Source: Lama guanicoe (Eukaryota). Taken from it: 58,387 nucleotides of DNA. Below the pieces are notes generated by a model that worked only from the letters and a program-made list of their open reading frames with translations, did not search any database and was not told the DNA's origin. Below are positions 22,850 to 35,594 of this stretch, in pieces; position 1 is the stretch's first letter; each line of letters opens with the position of its first letter. The position numbers and the translations under genes were made by a program. The stretch covers positions 22,757,280-22,815,666 of the forward strand of contig MU054187.1 in NCBI GenBank assembly GCA_013239625.1, in the 5' to 3' direction.

Positions 22850-23310
22850 GAATCCATTCTGGTCATTTTAAGTAGGAAAGGATTTATTAATGGAGCTCAT
22901 ATAGTTCCTAGGGTCTTTACGTTGGTCCCAGAGGATGTGGTGTTGCTTGGTAGTCAAGTCATAAGCGCCCATCCACACCTGGAGGCTTCCATAAAGGAGA
23001 TACTGTTGCTGCTCACTGCAGGTGACAAGTGAGTGGGAGGCTCTGTTACTGATGCTATGTTACAATCTGCCACCAGAGGCAACCAACTAGTACACATCAC
23101 ACATATGTGTCATGCTTTAAGAAATTTACCAAATACTTTCACCACCTCATTTGCCAGAAGATTGATTTGCCAGAGTACAGCCTCCATCTTATGCTGTTAA
23201 ATTGCGTGCTTACCTCCATATTGTGCATTTGATTGGCAAATTTAAGCCACATGACTGTGTCTTAGGTTCAAGGAATCCCTGGGCGTGAAGAAAGTTGGCT
23301 TTAAAATAAG
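22850..23310 (-). mobile_element. Old MaLR (MLT1-type) LTR fragment
   Basis: ggtcattttaagtaggaaaggatttatta and gcatttgattggcaaatttaagccacatgactgtgtcttagg resemble old MLT1 subfamilies. Confidence 0.5.
23061..23132 (+). repeat. 72-bp dispersed direct repeat, copy B
   Basis: See copy A at 21773-21844. Confidence 0.9.
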
Positions 23311-25054
23311 TTGACAGCCATGAGGGTCCACATCAGCCTCTGCCCACCCTCTTCTGGTTTGTTACTAAGTTTCATGTGTTGTTTCCTGGGAACAGAGAGA
23401 TCTGTTATCTGCGTAGCACCTGAAAAATAAAAAAGTAGAATTTTCTGGCCCAGCATTGAAGTCAGAAAGTCTTCTCATTTTTATCAGGAGACAAAAAAGA
23501 ATTTGAATGTATCTGTGAGTTTGCCTCTAGTATGCGTATGAGGCAAATATACTCACAGTAGAGAATTTTCAAGCTGAATGACTTGTTTAAAGTTCTATTC
23601 TTAGAATTCTGCATAAGCAGAGATAACTCATGTATGATTCAGGTATTTTCACTTAAAAACAAATATTTGAAAACTTCCATCCAATTTAATACACCCTTGT
23701 TGAACATCTATTATGAACTTAGCCTCGTGCTGTTCCCTTCATTCACTGACGTTGGGAGAATGCTTTTATACCCTGTAATAACATTTTCAAGTTACATAGT
23801 TTAGTATTCAGGAGGAGGATAAGAAAACAGAATTGTCCATATTAAAAGCATCTAATTTTGGAGACTTTTGGTAGTCTTTTGAATCAAAGAATATTTATTT
23901 CCTGCCCCAATATTGAACACAGAAAGAAATTACATATGTAAAATTAAATAGAAATGATTACTCTCTTCAAGCACCCTAGTTGTATATTGAATTATTGAGT
24001 GGGAAAAATGTATTGACAGTACACTTGTCAGCTTTAAACTACACTTTTCTTTGTAGAGCTACTAAACATGAAATATTTTTAGAATTTTGAGCCTCGTTAA
24101 GTCATAATTTAGACATTCAGTTGGCGCATATAAGATTTCTACCTTTATATTTATTACTGCTCTCATTTATTACTTTGACTACTTTCCTATAAACATGAAC
24201 GATTTTTAAAAAGCATCACATCCAGGTACATGGAGACAGAAATAGTGTGTAATAGAAATGCAATAACAGACTCTAGTTACCCTCTGGTTTTCCTTAATTT
24301 TCATGGAAAATCTATTTTGAGATTGGATATATTTTGATTAAAAAAACCTGTCATCAACTTCATTATCAGCTCTAATGTAAGAGTTACTTAGAAGTGGGTA
24401 GAATAAAACAAAAAGTGAATTAGCTTTTCCCTTCACTTGCCGGGGCTATATATATTTTCTGAGGAGGGGGGCTGTTCAGGAGAAGATCAGTTATGGTCAG
24501 GTGTACAGTTGGACTGCAGTCAATGCAGAGAAAGGCAAATAAACAGAAATAAGGCCCAAAATGTGACTATTTTTAACAGAGAATAATTTACTTTAATAAA
24601 GATTCTAAATCCTTTGGAGAGTCCAAGGTAGAACGTTGACTCAGCAGAAGCAACGCCAGACTGTGCACCCATCCAGGCGTCCATCCTGCCTTCCGGAGAG
24701 GTGTCCTGCAGCACACGTCATCGACGTGGTGACTAAGGTTGCCGGATCACTAATTTTTCGAGCAAGGATGCTGAGATGGCTGTGGACTTTGTCTACAGCA
24801 CAAAGGTTGTGGCTCTTCTCCCATCTGACAGCCTCTAATAGCAGAATTCTGGACAGAGAACACCTATTTGAAAGTGACAAAGGCTGAAAAAAAGGAAGAA
24901 GTCTGCAAGTCATAAAACATTAACCAATCAGAAGAATAAGCAGTACTGGAGAGTTCAAGTAGGGTTCCATTGCCTACCTCTAGTGGTAGCGATAATATGC
25001 AGTTACAGTTAAAACTGACTGGTGCGGTCTCCATTGAAGCTTCAGTGGCCAGTC

Positions 25055-25255
25055 TTTAGATGCATTACCTCATTCAACCCTCACAGCAACCTTGTGAAAG
25101 CGATGCTTTTATTATTCCTACTTAAGAGATGAGAAACAAAATCTTCAAGAGTTTTAAAGATAGACTCAATGTTACAGAGGCAGAAAATGACCGAGCTGAG
25201 ATTCAAACCCAGTTTTATAAGACTGCAGGACCCCACCTTCAAGTCACTGAATTTT
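25055..25255 (-). mobile_element. MIR SINE
   Basis: atgcattacctcattcaaccctcacagcaacc...gagatgagaaac...gagctgagattcaaacccag. Confidence 0.8.
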
Positions 25256-25419
25256 ACTGCTCTTTCAATAGCATCCTTTGATGCAATAAATATATCACTG
25301 CTCCAGATCTCTTAAAGTAGGGGGGAAAAATCAAGGGAAAAGTTATCCTACTTTCAAAGCTAAAAATTTAGTCCCTAGAAAGAGTAAAGTGCTCTACGTA
25401 AGACAGACCTAGTACTGAG

Positions 25420-25560
25420 CATCTATCCATTCATTTAATTAAGATTTATTGAGCAGCTACAATAAGCCAGGTCCTCTGCCTTGAGCATTGCCCCTCTTCC
25501 CGAAGAGATGATAGCCTTGTAGAGAGATATAAAAATAAATGTGTATCATTGAATGCCAGA
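25420..25560 (-). mobile_element. L2 3' end fragment
   Basis: ccattcatttaattaagatttattgagcagctacaataagccagg. Confidence 0.6.
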
Positions 25561-27559
25561 GATCTCCTAATACAGATCTGATCAGCAAAAAAAGAAAGCT
25601 GAAAGTAAAACGTGGTTATCTGTATCAGAATGCAAGTGGTAATTGTTGGGGTGGGGGCTGGAGTTTACCGAGAAGAAACTCGTCATGAGACAGACGCTTG
25701 AAATCAGTCTTCAATGGCAGATGTATCTTCGCCAGGCCAACAGAAAGTAGGAGGTAGGGCAGGATGAGGGCCATTAGGTTGTTCTTGCCAGGGATGCACA
25801 CAAGGCTAGAGGGAACTGAGTTAGAGAAGGCACTGAGGCAAGGAACAGCACCGACTGCACCAGACACTGTGAAATCTAGGAAACGGTGGGTTTAAAAGGT
25901 GAAAAAGAGAAAAGAGTGAAAGATAAACCTGGAAAGCAAACTGAGAGTTTTGACTTTAACCTGCATGATGAAAAGTTACTGATGAGTTTTAAGCCACACA
26001 CACACACACAAATCATAGAATTTATGTTCTTAAATGTCACTGATATCTGAGGGATGAGTTTGAATTGTGGGGAAAGTGGTATGAACATTTATTCTAGAGA
26101 GTAGAAGACACAAGAAATATCTATGAGGTGTGAAAATTAGCTGATAATGCCCACCCCCAAATCCTATGACCATTGTAATTTACTTCCAGGGCTGTATTTA
26201 ATTAATGCAACACAATGTCTGGCCAATAATACATGCTCACTACATACCTGGCACAAAAGTATTGCCTTGAGGTAATTTGAAGGAAAGAAAGAATTGTTCA
26301 GTAGAATGAGTTTTAAAATGATTTTAGGGGATCATGGGAACCTTAACAGATTACTGCCTGCAATCTCATCACTTATTCCTGAGGTGTACCATCAAGGTGA
26401 AACTGAACAAAATAACAAACGGTATATTGCACTGGTGTTTCAAATGTCACTATGTGTGCCCAATAGGAAGAAATGGAGAGGGACTTCAAAAAATCAATTT
26501 GTGACTTTGTTTCCAATAAAAGATTCCCTTTGAAAATAGCTTTTGAGTAAATTACCTTTTAAAATCTCTAACCACTTTGGGAAATACGGGTTTCTATTAT
26601 GAAATCACTGTTGGACCTGTGAGAAATAAAAGATTTAATGTATCTTAGAATCAATTGCAAATCTTCATGTGGTACTAGTTACGCTCTCTGAAGTGTATCC
26701 CCAAGATACGTCAAATAATTTGTTTTAAAAATGAAAAATGCTTCTAGATTAGAATGGCGAATCTCATTTCATTTCTCACTTACAATGTCTGCATGTCCAT
26801 TATTACACTGCTGTTGTTATCGTGAGATTGTTATTGTATTGCACAAAAATATTTCAGGGTTCTTAGTGAGTAAATAGCAGTTAAAAGATTATAAAGTTTG
26901 CTCACTATTATCCACATTCAAATTATGCTAGCCAATAATCATTGCTTGGCAGGAGTATATGACTTCCTCCTGACTCAAAGGGCACAGCCATTCAACAAGG
27001 GGGAGCAGCTGTAGACCATCTTAGATTTGCTACACACACAACGCGTAAGAGAACCATCAAGGTACCAATATTCTGGCCGCAGTCCTCCTTGAAATCACCT
27101 CAACATTGTAACAGTTCACTGTTTGAAAAGAATGGCAGGTTTGAGCTGTGACCTTATTTCTAGGCTGCAAGGAGACAGAAAATTTCGATACCAGGGACAT
27201 TTTTATAACAACACAGGGGACATATTTCTTTATATATTCATCTAGCCAGGCTAGAAGACATTTCCTTACTGCTTACCAAGGTCATGATTTTCTCTTGCTT
27301 TTCCTTTAGGACCTTACATTAAAATGTTGCCACCTTGAACTTTCATTTTTAATCATTACCTCTTCTCTGACCTAGAAATATGCTCGCTTTTGGCATATTT
27401 AAAAACTCCTTCTCTTAAGAATTTTCCTTCTAACACCTCAAATTAATGTCTTCTCTACCTCTCTTTTGTTTCCTTACTATAACATTTGCTGTTCTTCCTT
27501 CTTCTTGTTCCTGGGAGAAACAATGGTTTCCTGTCATTCAAACATCAAAACAGCGTCAT

Positions 27560-28200
27560 TTCAATGCCTTTACCTTCAGAGTTCTTTTCTGATCAGTCAC
27601 ATAGTCTATAGATTATTACCTATCTTTTTTTTCATATCTGTACTCTTTCTAATATTGCTGCCCAAGAGGAAACTTGCATAATCTCTTCTGTGGATTATTG
27701 TAATTGCCTTCAAGTTGGTTTCTTTACTTTAGAATCCCTTCCCTTTAATCCGTACTAAACAGGGCTATGGGATTAATCCTCCAAAAGCACAGCCTTGAAT
27801 ACGTGATGCTAACAGCTATTGCTAATGCTAATAGCTGTCACTAGTAGCTAATATTAAAGCTGTAACAATAACAACTACTACAACCACAAAATTCAGTTGC
27901 TTCTGAATTTCTTTACCTAACGTCCACAGCCCTTCCCGTTCTGACTCAACTATTTTCACAGTTGTAGTCCTCACTTTTCTCTTTCGTGCATCTCGTGTGC
28001 TTTTTCATTGTATTCCCTCTTCTCATGACCCCAGGCTGTTCCATTCCTGTGCTTTTCTGTATGTTCTCTTTGTCAGCAATTCTGTCCTCTCCACTCTTTG
28101 CCAGTTGAACTCTTGTCTATTATTTATGGCTTATCAAAAAATCCCGTCTTTTCTATATTTTTCCCCCAGATTCCTTGATAAGTCATCTCCCTCCTATGAA
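27560..28200 (+). mobile_element. L2 LINE fragment
   Basis: Pyrimidine-rich decayed L2 3' region (tggattattgtaattgccttcaagttggtt; gttgaactcttgtctatt). Confidence 0.55.
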
Positions 28201-28479
28201 CTAAGCTTTGAAGGCTTTTTTTTTTTTGTAGAAGCAAGTTATCTAGGCAGAAGTTTGCTTCTGATGCAGTTTTTCCTTCTGCATAAGTTTATTAACAGAC
28301 AAAAATTTTGTACACACGGATTAACTACACTTGGCTGGACTTAGAGAAAGTTTGGTTATAAATGGAATGTTTTGGACCCTGTCATCACTGAGCTATACAA
28401 GACCCCGTCTTGTTTATTTGCTCCCCTTTACCCTCATTCATTTTGCCATTTCCCTCTGTTCCTTGAACAAGTGCAAATA

Positions 28480-29120
28480 AAGTATATTCTTTGTTTATGC
28501 CTTCTTATAAAATATTTACTGTTGCTTATATGCAAATTAATGTAAACGATTTACTGCTATATATCTCATTTTATTTATTTTTTGGGGGATCTATGCTGCT
28601 ATGTGAACATGTCTCCTTATACTAATTCATGCTTAACACGTCATGCAAGGCTGTTTTTCAGTCGGCCTGCAGGTATATGATCATACATGCTGTTAAAATA
28701 CAGAAATGCCTTCACATGGATTGGTAAATAATATCTAGTTAGCATCTCCTAACGGTTCTTCCCCCAGAATTCCGCATCTGTCCAGCATCCTGCATCTCCA
28801 GGGTTAACACCAGGCTCTTTTTTGGGGAGGGGAGATGGGACGTCTCTAGGACCCTGCCCTAGTGCCAAGGCTGGTATTCATTTTGACTGACTGGGACTGA
28901 TGTCACAAAATTTGTTCCATATTTTGAGCATCACCTTGACTGAGATGAATCCACCACATTTTGTTTATCTGTTCTTCTGGTGACAGACAATGAGGTTGCT
29001 TCCAAAATGCTGCTGCCTCAAACAATGCTTGATGAACATCTTTGTAAATGTTCCCTATGGACATGGGTGAGAACTTGTTGGGATATGTTGTCAGATACAG
29101 AATTTCTGGGCCATAGGTTG
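28480..29120 (-). mobile_element. Ancient L1 (L1ME-type) fragment(s)
   Basis: ccacattttgtttatctgttcttctggtgacagacaatgaggttgcttcca...aacaatgc...gaacatc is the antisense L1 3' ORF2 end. Confidence 0.55.
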
Positions 29121-29363
29121 AAGCTGAGATGCTGACCCATCATCCCCACAGAAATGAACAAACAAAGGAAGCCCAGGGAAAGGAATGTCCTTTCAAGCAG
29201 TATGGCGGGAATTTCATGTAATCTGTTGGGGAGAATTTGGTCACTTAGTCACGATTAGCTGTAAGAAAAGATGGGAAATGTTTTTAATTGTCTTGCCATG
29301 TGCTCAGATAAAATTATTGGCATATAAGAAAAGGAAGTAGGTTTTATATAACAATTAGAGATC

Positions 29364-29996
29364 TGTCACACAAGGAAGTAACCCAGGGCTGCTCAAACCC
29401 TGCACACTCCCAGGAAAAGCTTGTCTTCAGGACTGACCCTTGGCCAGCTCTTGGGAGATGAGCTCTAAGTCTTGGAATATTTGCCTAATAAAAGTGTTTT
29501 TGTATGCCTGAGGGTGTAGACCATGAGGTACCAGTTTGATCAGAAAATTTATGTAGACAGTATGATTTACGGTGAACATTTGTTTTTGCTCTGTGAGGGG
29601 CTAGAGTCTGAGTAGCTGAAGTGAGTCATGCAAACAAGCACCAAGTGTCGGTGTCACCGTCGCTGACTCCCCCCACCCCCTGCCACCTCCCCACTAAAAG
29701 CCCTGGGCTTGGAGGCTAGGTGAGTTTTCCTGGTCGGCAACGCCAGACACATGTAGTCACACATTATTACTGGGAGAGTTAAATGTATCTAAGCGAATCC
29801 ACTGAGAGAGGACACGTGAAACTTGTGTCTGATTTCTCCCGGAGTTTTTCCCAGAAAACCCTTTTTCCGCTGCTGATTTTAATTGACACCTTTTGCAATA
29901 ATAAGCCATAAATGTGATTTTAACAGATTTTCTGAGTCTGGTGATCCTTTTAGTGACTCATTGAACCCGGGTGTAGTCTCAGGGATTCCTGACACA
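29364..29996 (+). mobile_element. Solo LTR, MER77/MER21-group
   Basis: TGTCACACAAGGAA start; gggctgctcaaaccctgcacactcc...ggactgacccttggc...ttggaatatttgcctaataaaagtgtttttgtatgcctgag; ends agggattcctgacaCA. Flanks gatc / gacc. Confidence 0.8.
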
Positions 29997-31209
29997 GACC
30001 CAAATTTCACCCTTAAAATATTGAAAAAAAAAAAGAAATTCAGTACTTTAAAATACTTGCACCCAACGCATAAATACATAAAAATTTTAGAAAGAAGTCC
30101 TCCCTGCCCTCTTTTAAAGTTTCTGAGGATACATTGGGTGTGTGAAAAGCTGATTAAATCTTCCGTGTCACAAGGATACTCTGGCTCCGTGATGCTGGCA
30201 TCAATACATTCATCCAACTCAGAGTCAAACTGATCTGATCTCAGTAACTGAGGTTGGAGGGGGGTGGGCAGGCATTGCCAGGTGCCCCTTTACCATGCTC
30301 GATTAGGTTCACTGTATGAGAGCTATCTCAAGGAGAGACTTGGAAAAATGACACCCTTTTGCTAGTCATCAGTTGGCATGGAAACATTGTTCCAGTAAGT
30401 TGACATGGTAACCATATTCCCCATGATCTTGAGGAACCAGAAGGGTAGAGCTTTGAATTCTGGCACAGATTTTAGAAGGGTGCTGATCCTTGATACAATG
30501 CAATACTATGGTTTCAATTATTACTTTTTCTCCCATTGATATTTATATAATTTTCTTGAAAAGAAATATTTCCTGCTTACTACTCTGGATATATTACTCT
30601 ACCCTGAGCATCTTGCACAATCATTTTGCATGTAAATTACCTCTGAAAGCCGTTCAATGTACTTTTATAGTAGTCTTAGAAAAATTTCCCTTGGGCTAAT
30701 TCTTACTGGCCAGATAGTCCACTTTCATTCTCCATGTTTATTTGCATACATTAAATGTCCTCATTTTAATAATATCAGATATAAAACACACTGCAAAATT
30801 ACTTTGTTTTGAGTCTGCAGGTGCCACTAAATTCCTATTACTTATGTAAAAGAAATAAAGATGAATGCTTCAGTAAGTAGAGGCTGATGCTGACAGAGTA
30901 CACTCAGCGTATCTATTATAAATTTGGGAAGAATGGTAACAGAAATAAAAACTGAGTATAAGCTGCCTATTGACTCTCAGGATTTGGTAATTTAATGGTG
31001 TATTATCTGTGTAGCCTAAGTTTTAGGTTGAACCATGTAAAATTGCCATTAAGTTCAATTTTTCAGGCTACTGTGATACAACGTGAGGCAGGATTCATAT
31101 CTGGTTCATCTTCCACGTCTTTACAGGTTTTTGAAGATAGTTTTGCATATAATATAAAACATATTTATAAGGAATACTTATAACCCTTCTGTCTGGATAG
31201 CATCAGTTT

Positions 31210-31640
31210 CCTTTCCTAACGGCAACCTGCCTTTGTTTTGTGGGACTGCCGCTTTTCCATTGTGCAGTCTTGGTGGGCGGCGATACTGGTTCTGTTCTCT
31301 CCTATGAAAGCAGAAGTACTGAGGACCTCCCTCCCCCTGCTGGGTGATGGGCTCATGAACCCAAGCCTGGTCAACCTCCACCTGCAGAACTTTAACACAT
31401 AAGCAAGTAGTGCTGGCAGGGGAGGAGTGACTGACGTAACAGTGAAATGATCACCAGAATGGTTTATGCTGAAGACTGCTGTTTTTGTTTCTGCTGTCTA
31501 TTCTCTGCAGCCCTTTGGCTCCTGCCCACCTCCCATCATGAGCCTCCAGCCTCTAGACAATTCTTTGAGCCTCCTCATACACTTTCCATCAACTATTTTT
31601 ATTTCAAATTAAAATTTATTTCTATTGCCTATAGGATATT
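31210..31640 (+). mobile_element. Old ERVL LTR (LTR16-like) fragment
   Basis: gatgggctcatgaacccaagcctggtcaa and 3' ctttccatcaactatttttatttcaaatt...tttctattgcct resemble LTR16-group sequence. Confidence 0.45.
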
Positions 31641-31964
31641 TGTGGTTTTATTCATGGACTCATATTCATGAGTCATGAATGAATAAATATTAGCAAATAA
31701 ATACATAAATCAGTTCTATAAAAAGTGAAGAAAATACTGATGATCTAATAAGACTCCAAAAATACCTAGTTTACCTGTAAAGCAATCCTTACAGAAAAAA
31801 ATTTTAGAGGAATAATCTACTACTCAGATATTTGAAGACTGAGGTTTTTCTTCAGAATTTTTATAGCTGCTTCCTTTCCACTGTTAATTTCAGTCAGCTG
31901 AAAAGAAACAAGGGAAAAATTCAGCATACTTCAAAACAGCTAAATGATTGTACTTCTACTTTCT

Positions 31965-32300
31965 AACATTCAATCAATTGATCACTCCATAGACATTTAC
32001 TGAGTACTTAATATCTCTCAGGCATTATACTTCGCCTTGTAGGTACAAGGTTGAATAAACACTGATGATGATGAGGTACCTGTCCTAGGGGGAGCAGGTC
32101 TAGGAGTGGAGGGAGAAGTATATAAATTGAAATGGCGTAAGCTCTGAGTTGGAGTTTTTGTGCAAATGCAGTGGACGCCTCTTGGAGGAGCACCGAATTG
32201 TCTGGGAAAGAGGAAAGTAAGTCTATCAGAATCGGGAAGATGATGCTCGGGCCCCGCACAGAAAGAGGGAAGAGATCCTTACAGGTGGAAGCAACAGGGG
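31965..32300 (-). mobile_element. L2 3' end fragment
   Basis: cattcaatcaa...acatttactgagtacttaat...caggcattatac. Confidence 0.6.
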
Positions 32301-33130
32301 GCAGGGGATAAAGCAGATGAGTCATAAGGAGTGTATCATAGTGACTGAATACAGGTGTTTTTAAACAGATGAGTGGATTGATGAATAACAGTGTGCAGGT
32401 TACACTGACGTTTTGAATTAACTGTTGTCCTCAAAGATTCTTACTCTCTCTCTCTTTTATTGATCCACATACGCCAATTGTGAATTCAAGTTCAGGAATT
32501 TCCCTGACCATGTTCAACATGTTCAACAAGAGTAGTACAAACGTATCGTCCATTTGCAGCATAAATCTGTACATTTTCTGTAGACAGAACTTTATCTGAA
32601 AATGGAATTATGTGCTGAATGAACAAAACCGAATTTGAACACTAATTGTGTTCCATTCTTACTCATTTTTACCTGAGGAGACACACTCCTTCCCATACTT
32701 TCAGCTGTTAGACCAGCTAAGTTATCAATTCTATATGGTCTGCACATTCATCCCCAACATAGCTGAGCCATAGAGGTTAAAATAAAATATGATAATTTCT
32801 CTGGACTCACCCTCAAGTGTAGGTGATTTTCGGAGTGAGAGGGAGGGAACTAGAAAGCGCTGATTGACAGATACCACTCTGCCGTCATCTTGAAGGTGTG
32901 ATGACCCTCCTCAGAATGTTCACAATCAGCAAATATCTGTCTTTCTCTTCAGATGTCCATCTTTCCCCTTATTCAGTTCATTTGGATTAAATTTGCACAA
33001 GGGCTCTACTGATATTCTTTATTATGTACATCATACACTGTCTTCATTCATGTCTTTTTTCTATGATGTGGGAGTTTTTGTCCAGCCAAAATCACTTACA
33101 ATTTTATCAGTCGTATTTAAACAGGTGTGT

Positions 33131-33901
33131 AACAAATGACAAATGCTGGAGAGGCTGTGGAGAAAAGGGAACCCTCCTACACTGCTGGTGGGAATGCAGT
33201 TTGGTGCAGCCACTGTGGAAAACTGTCAAAAGACTAGGAATAGACTTACCATAAGACCCAGGAATCCCGCTCCTGGGCATTTATCCAGCAGGAACCCTAC
33301 TTCAAAAAGACACCTGCATCCCAATGTTCATAGCAGCACTATTTACAATAGCCAAGACATGGAAACAGCCTAAATGTCCATTGACAGATGACTGGATAAG
33401 GAAGATGTGGTGTATTTATACCATGGAATACTACTCAACCATAAAAATGACAACATAATGCCATTTGCAGGAACATGGATGCCCCTGGAGAAAGTCATTC
33501 TAAGTGAAGTAAGCCAGAAAGAGAAAGAGAAATACCATATGAGCTCACTCATATGTGGAATCTAAAATAAACAAACAAACAAACAAACAAACATAAATAC
33601 AAAACAGAAACAGACTCATAGACATAGAATACAAACTTGTGGTTACCAAGGGGGAGGGAGGTGGGAAGGTACAGACTGGGAGTTCAGAATCTGTAGATAC
33701 TGACAGGCATATGCAGAACAGATAAACAAGATTATACTGTATAGCACAGGGACATATATACAAGATCTTGTGGTAGCTCACAGCGAAAAAGAATGTGACA
33801 ATGGATATCTGTATCTTCATGTATAACTGAAAAATTGTGCTCTACACTGGAAATTGACCCAACATTGTAAAATGACTGTAACTCAATAAAAAAATAATAG
33901 A
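33131..33901 (+). mobile_element. Camelid-type L1, 5'-truncated (~770 bp)
   Basis: ORF2 C-terminus ([29 protein letters not shown]) plus 3' UTR and A-tail. TSD taaacaggtgtgt (33118-33130) / taaacaggagtgt (33902-33914). Confidence 0.93.
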
Positions 33902-33931
33902 TAAACAGGAGTGTAAAATGTATACAAATCA

Positions 33932-34125
33932 TAGTTGACCCTTGAACAACACAGGCTGGAACTTGACACATATACACAGATTTCTTTCGGTAGATACATA
34001 CTATAGTTCTACATGATCAGTGGTTGGTTGAGTGGAAGCTCATCTTTGACTTTAACGTTTTACAGGGATTTCTGACTGCAGGGAGGGTTGGTGTCCATAA
34101 CCTCTGCTTGTTCAAGGGTCAACTG
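33932..34125 (-). mobile_element. Tigger2-derived MITE (MER8-like)
   Basis: TIRs (t)agttgacccttgaacaa and ttgttcaagggtcaactg, with TA on the right (34126-34127). Confidence 0.85.
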
Positions 34126-35143
34126 TATATGAAAAAGACTGTGAGACTAATGTCACTAAGAGTTGAAAACTAGTTACTAAGACTAGAGTTGAATATGGCC
34201 ACTCACCTTAGGAAATAAGAAATTAAATGGGGCAGTCATTAAAGAGATAGCTTATGCCAAAATTTCTCTGATTATTTGTATCTGCACTCTAAGAGTACAG
34301 GACATCTATTCTTTTAATGACAAGTACCATTGGAATAAACCCTCTGACTCGAGAGCTATGGGTATTGCTAGGGTGACTGGTTGTTGCCCGTACTCTTAAG
34401 AGTGTGTTGTGGCTCCTGCCTAGGATACAGTCATTGAGCCACGAATGTCCAGCCACAGAGAACAGATGGGGTAATCTACAGCAAGAGTTGGGGGTTGAAG
34501 CAGAAAAAAATACAACACCGAATGCCACCCTGAAATGTACTGACCCTGGAGAAGGGTCAGTAGTTTGGCCAGATACATCGGCTTTATCTGGTTGGGTTTA
34601 ACACTCTGGAATTAAGCTGTCGCTCTAACCAAATGATACAGAATTATTAATGGCCCTGGCAAAAGAGGGGTTTCCTACTGGGGACGGGAGCAGTAAGAAA
34701 AGAACTTTTGTGAGAAGTCATACCGTGGTCCTTTGGGGACAAACCACCTGGGGGAGTAGCTCTCAACTTCCACATTTGTCTCCAGCTTCATGTGTGCAAC
34801 GTTACCCAGCATAGGTGTTTGGTGAGAATGCCCTAGTGAAGAGGCAGCTGGAAAGCCAGTTGCCCAGAGAACTAACTCTTAGAAAGACAATATGGATCTT
34901 TGTTTAGATAGATGTTGTTACCCCAGGCGATAACAAAGATAGAGGGGATGTCAAAAGGAATGTGCTCTGGGGTTGACTGTTATGTTTAGGGGATGGGAGA
35001 GATACCAGAATTCCCCCATTTTGAAGTAGAGGTACCTCTTCATTTGCCCCTGGAGCAGTGGAGCACATTTATACCAACATCTTACAGGGTTAGGTAGAGA
35101 AAAACAACTCTGAAAAGATTGCTCACTTTTTAATGAAGGGTTT

Positions 35144-35199
35144 CAATTTGTTCTGAAACTTAGACAACTTGTCCCAATTTGTTCTGAAATTTAGACAAC
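35144..35199. repeat. 31-bp period tandem duplication
   Basis: caatttgttctgaaacttagacaac (35144) and caatttgttctgaaatttagacaac (35175). Confidence 0.85.
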
Positions 35200-35594
35200 C
35201 ATCTTCATACAGTATTTTGCTAGAATCTTCTTTTTAAACTCAAAATCAAAAGGGAAGAACCTAATATAAAAGTTTATTTTTTAAATTTCTGGTTAAAATA
35301 GCCTTTAAAATTTTATTTACAACTCAGTTCTTAAAAAATTAATTTTTAATACTCTTTGGCTTTTGTTATGTTGCAAAGAAGGGTAAAACAGCAGGAAACT
35401 GAATGGTGTTTGATAAGTAGGATTTCTGTACCTTGTGGTAGCAAATAGTGCCTTGTTTTCTTCACTCTCATTTTTCTGGAAAACATGTTGTACACTTACA
35501 TCTTATGTTTTATCTGAGACTAAATTCATGTCTTGTAATTTCTTCTTTGACTTTTTAACAAATGCCTATGTTCATTTAATACTCTGCCTCCTTG

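Noticed and set aside
34538..34562. Perfect 10-bp hairpin tactgaccct-ggaga-agggtcagta (also an everted nuclear-receptor half-site pair)
   Set aside because: A 10-bp stem with a short loop is roughly expected by chance in 58 kb, and it is too short for a pre-miRNA.
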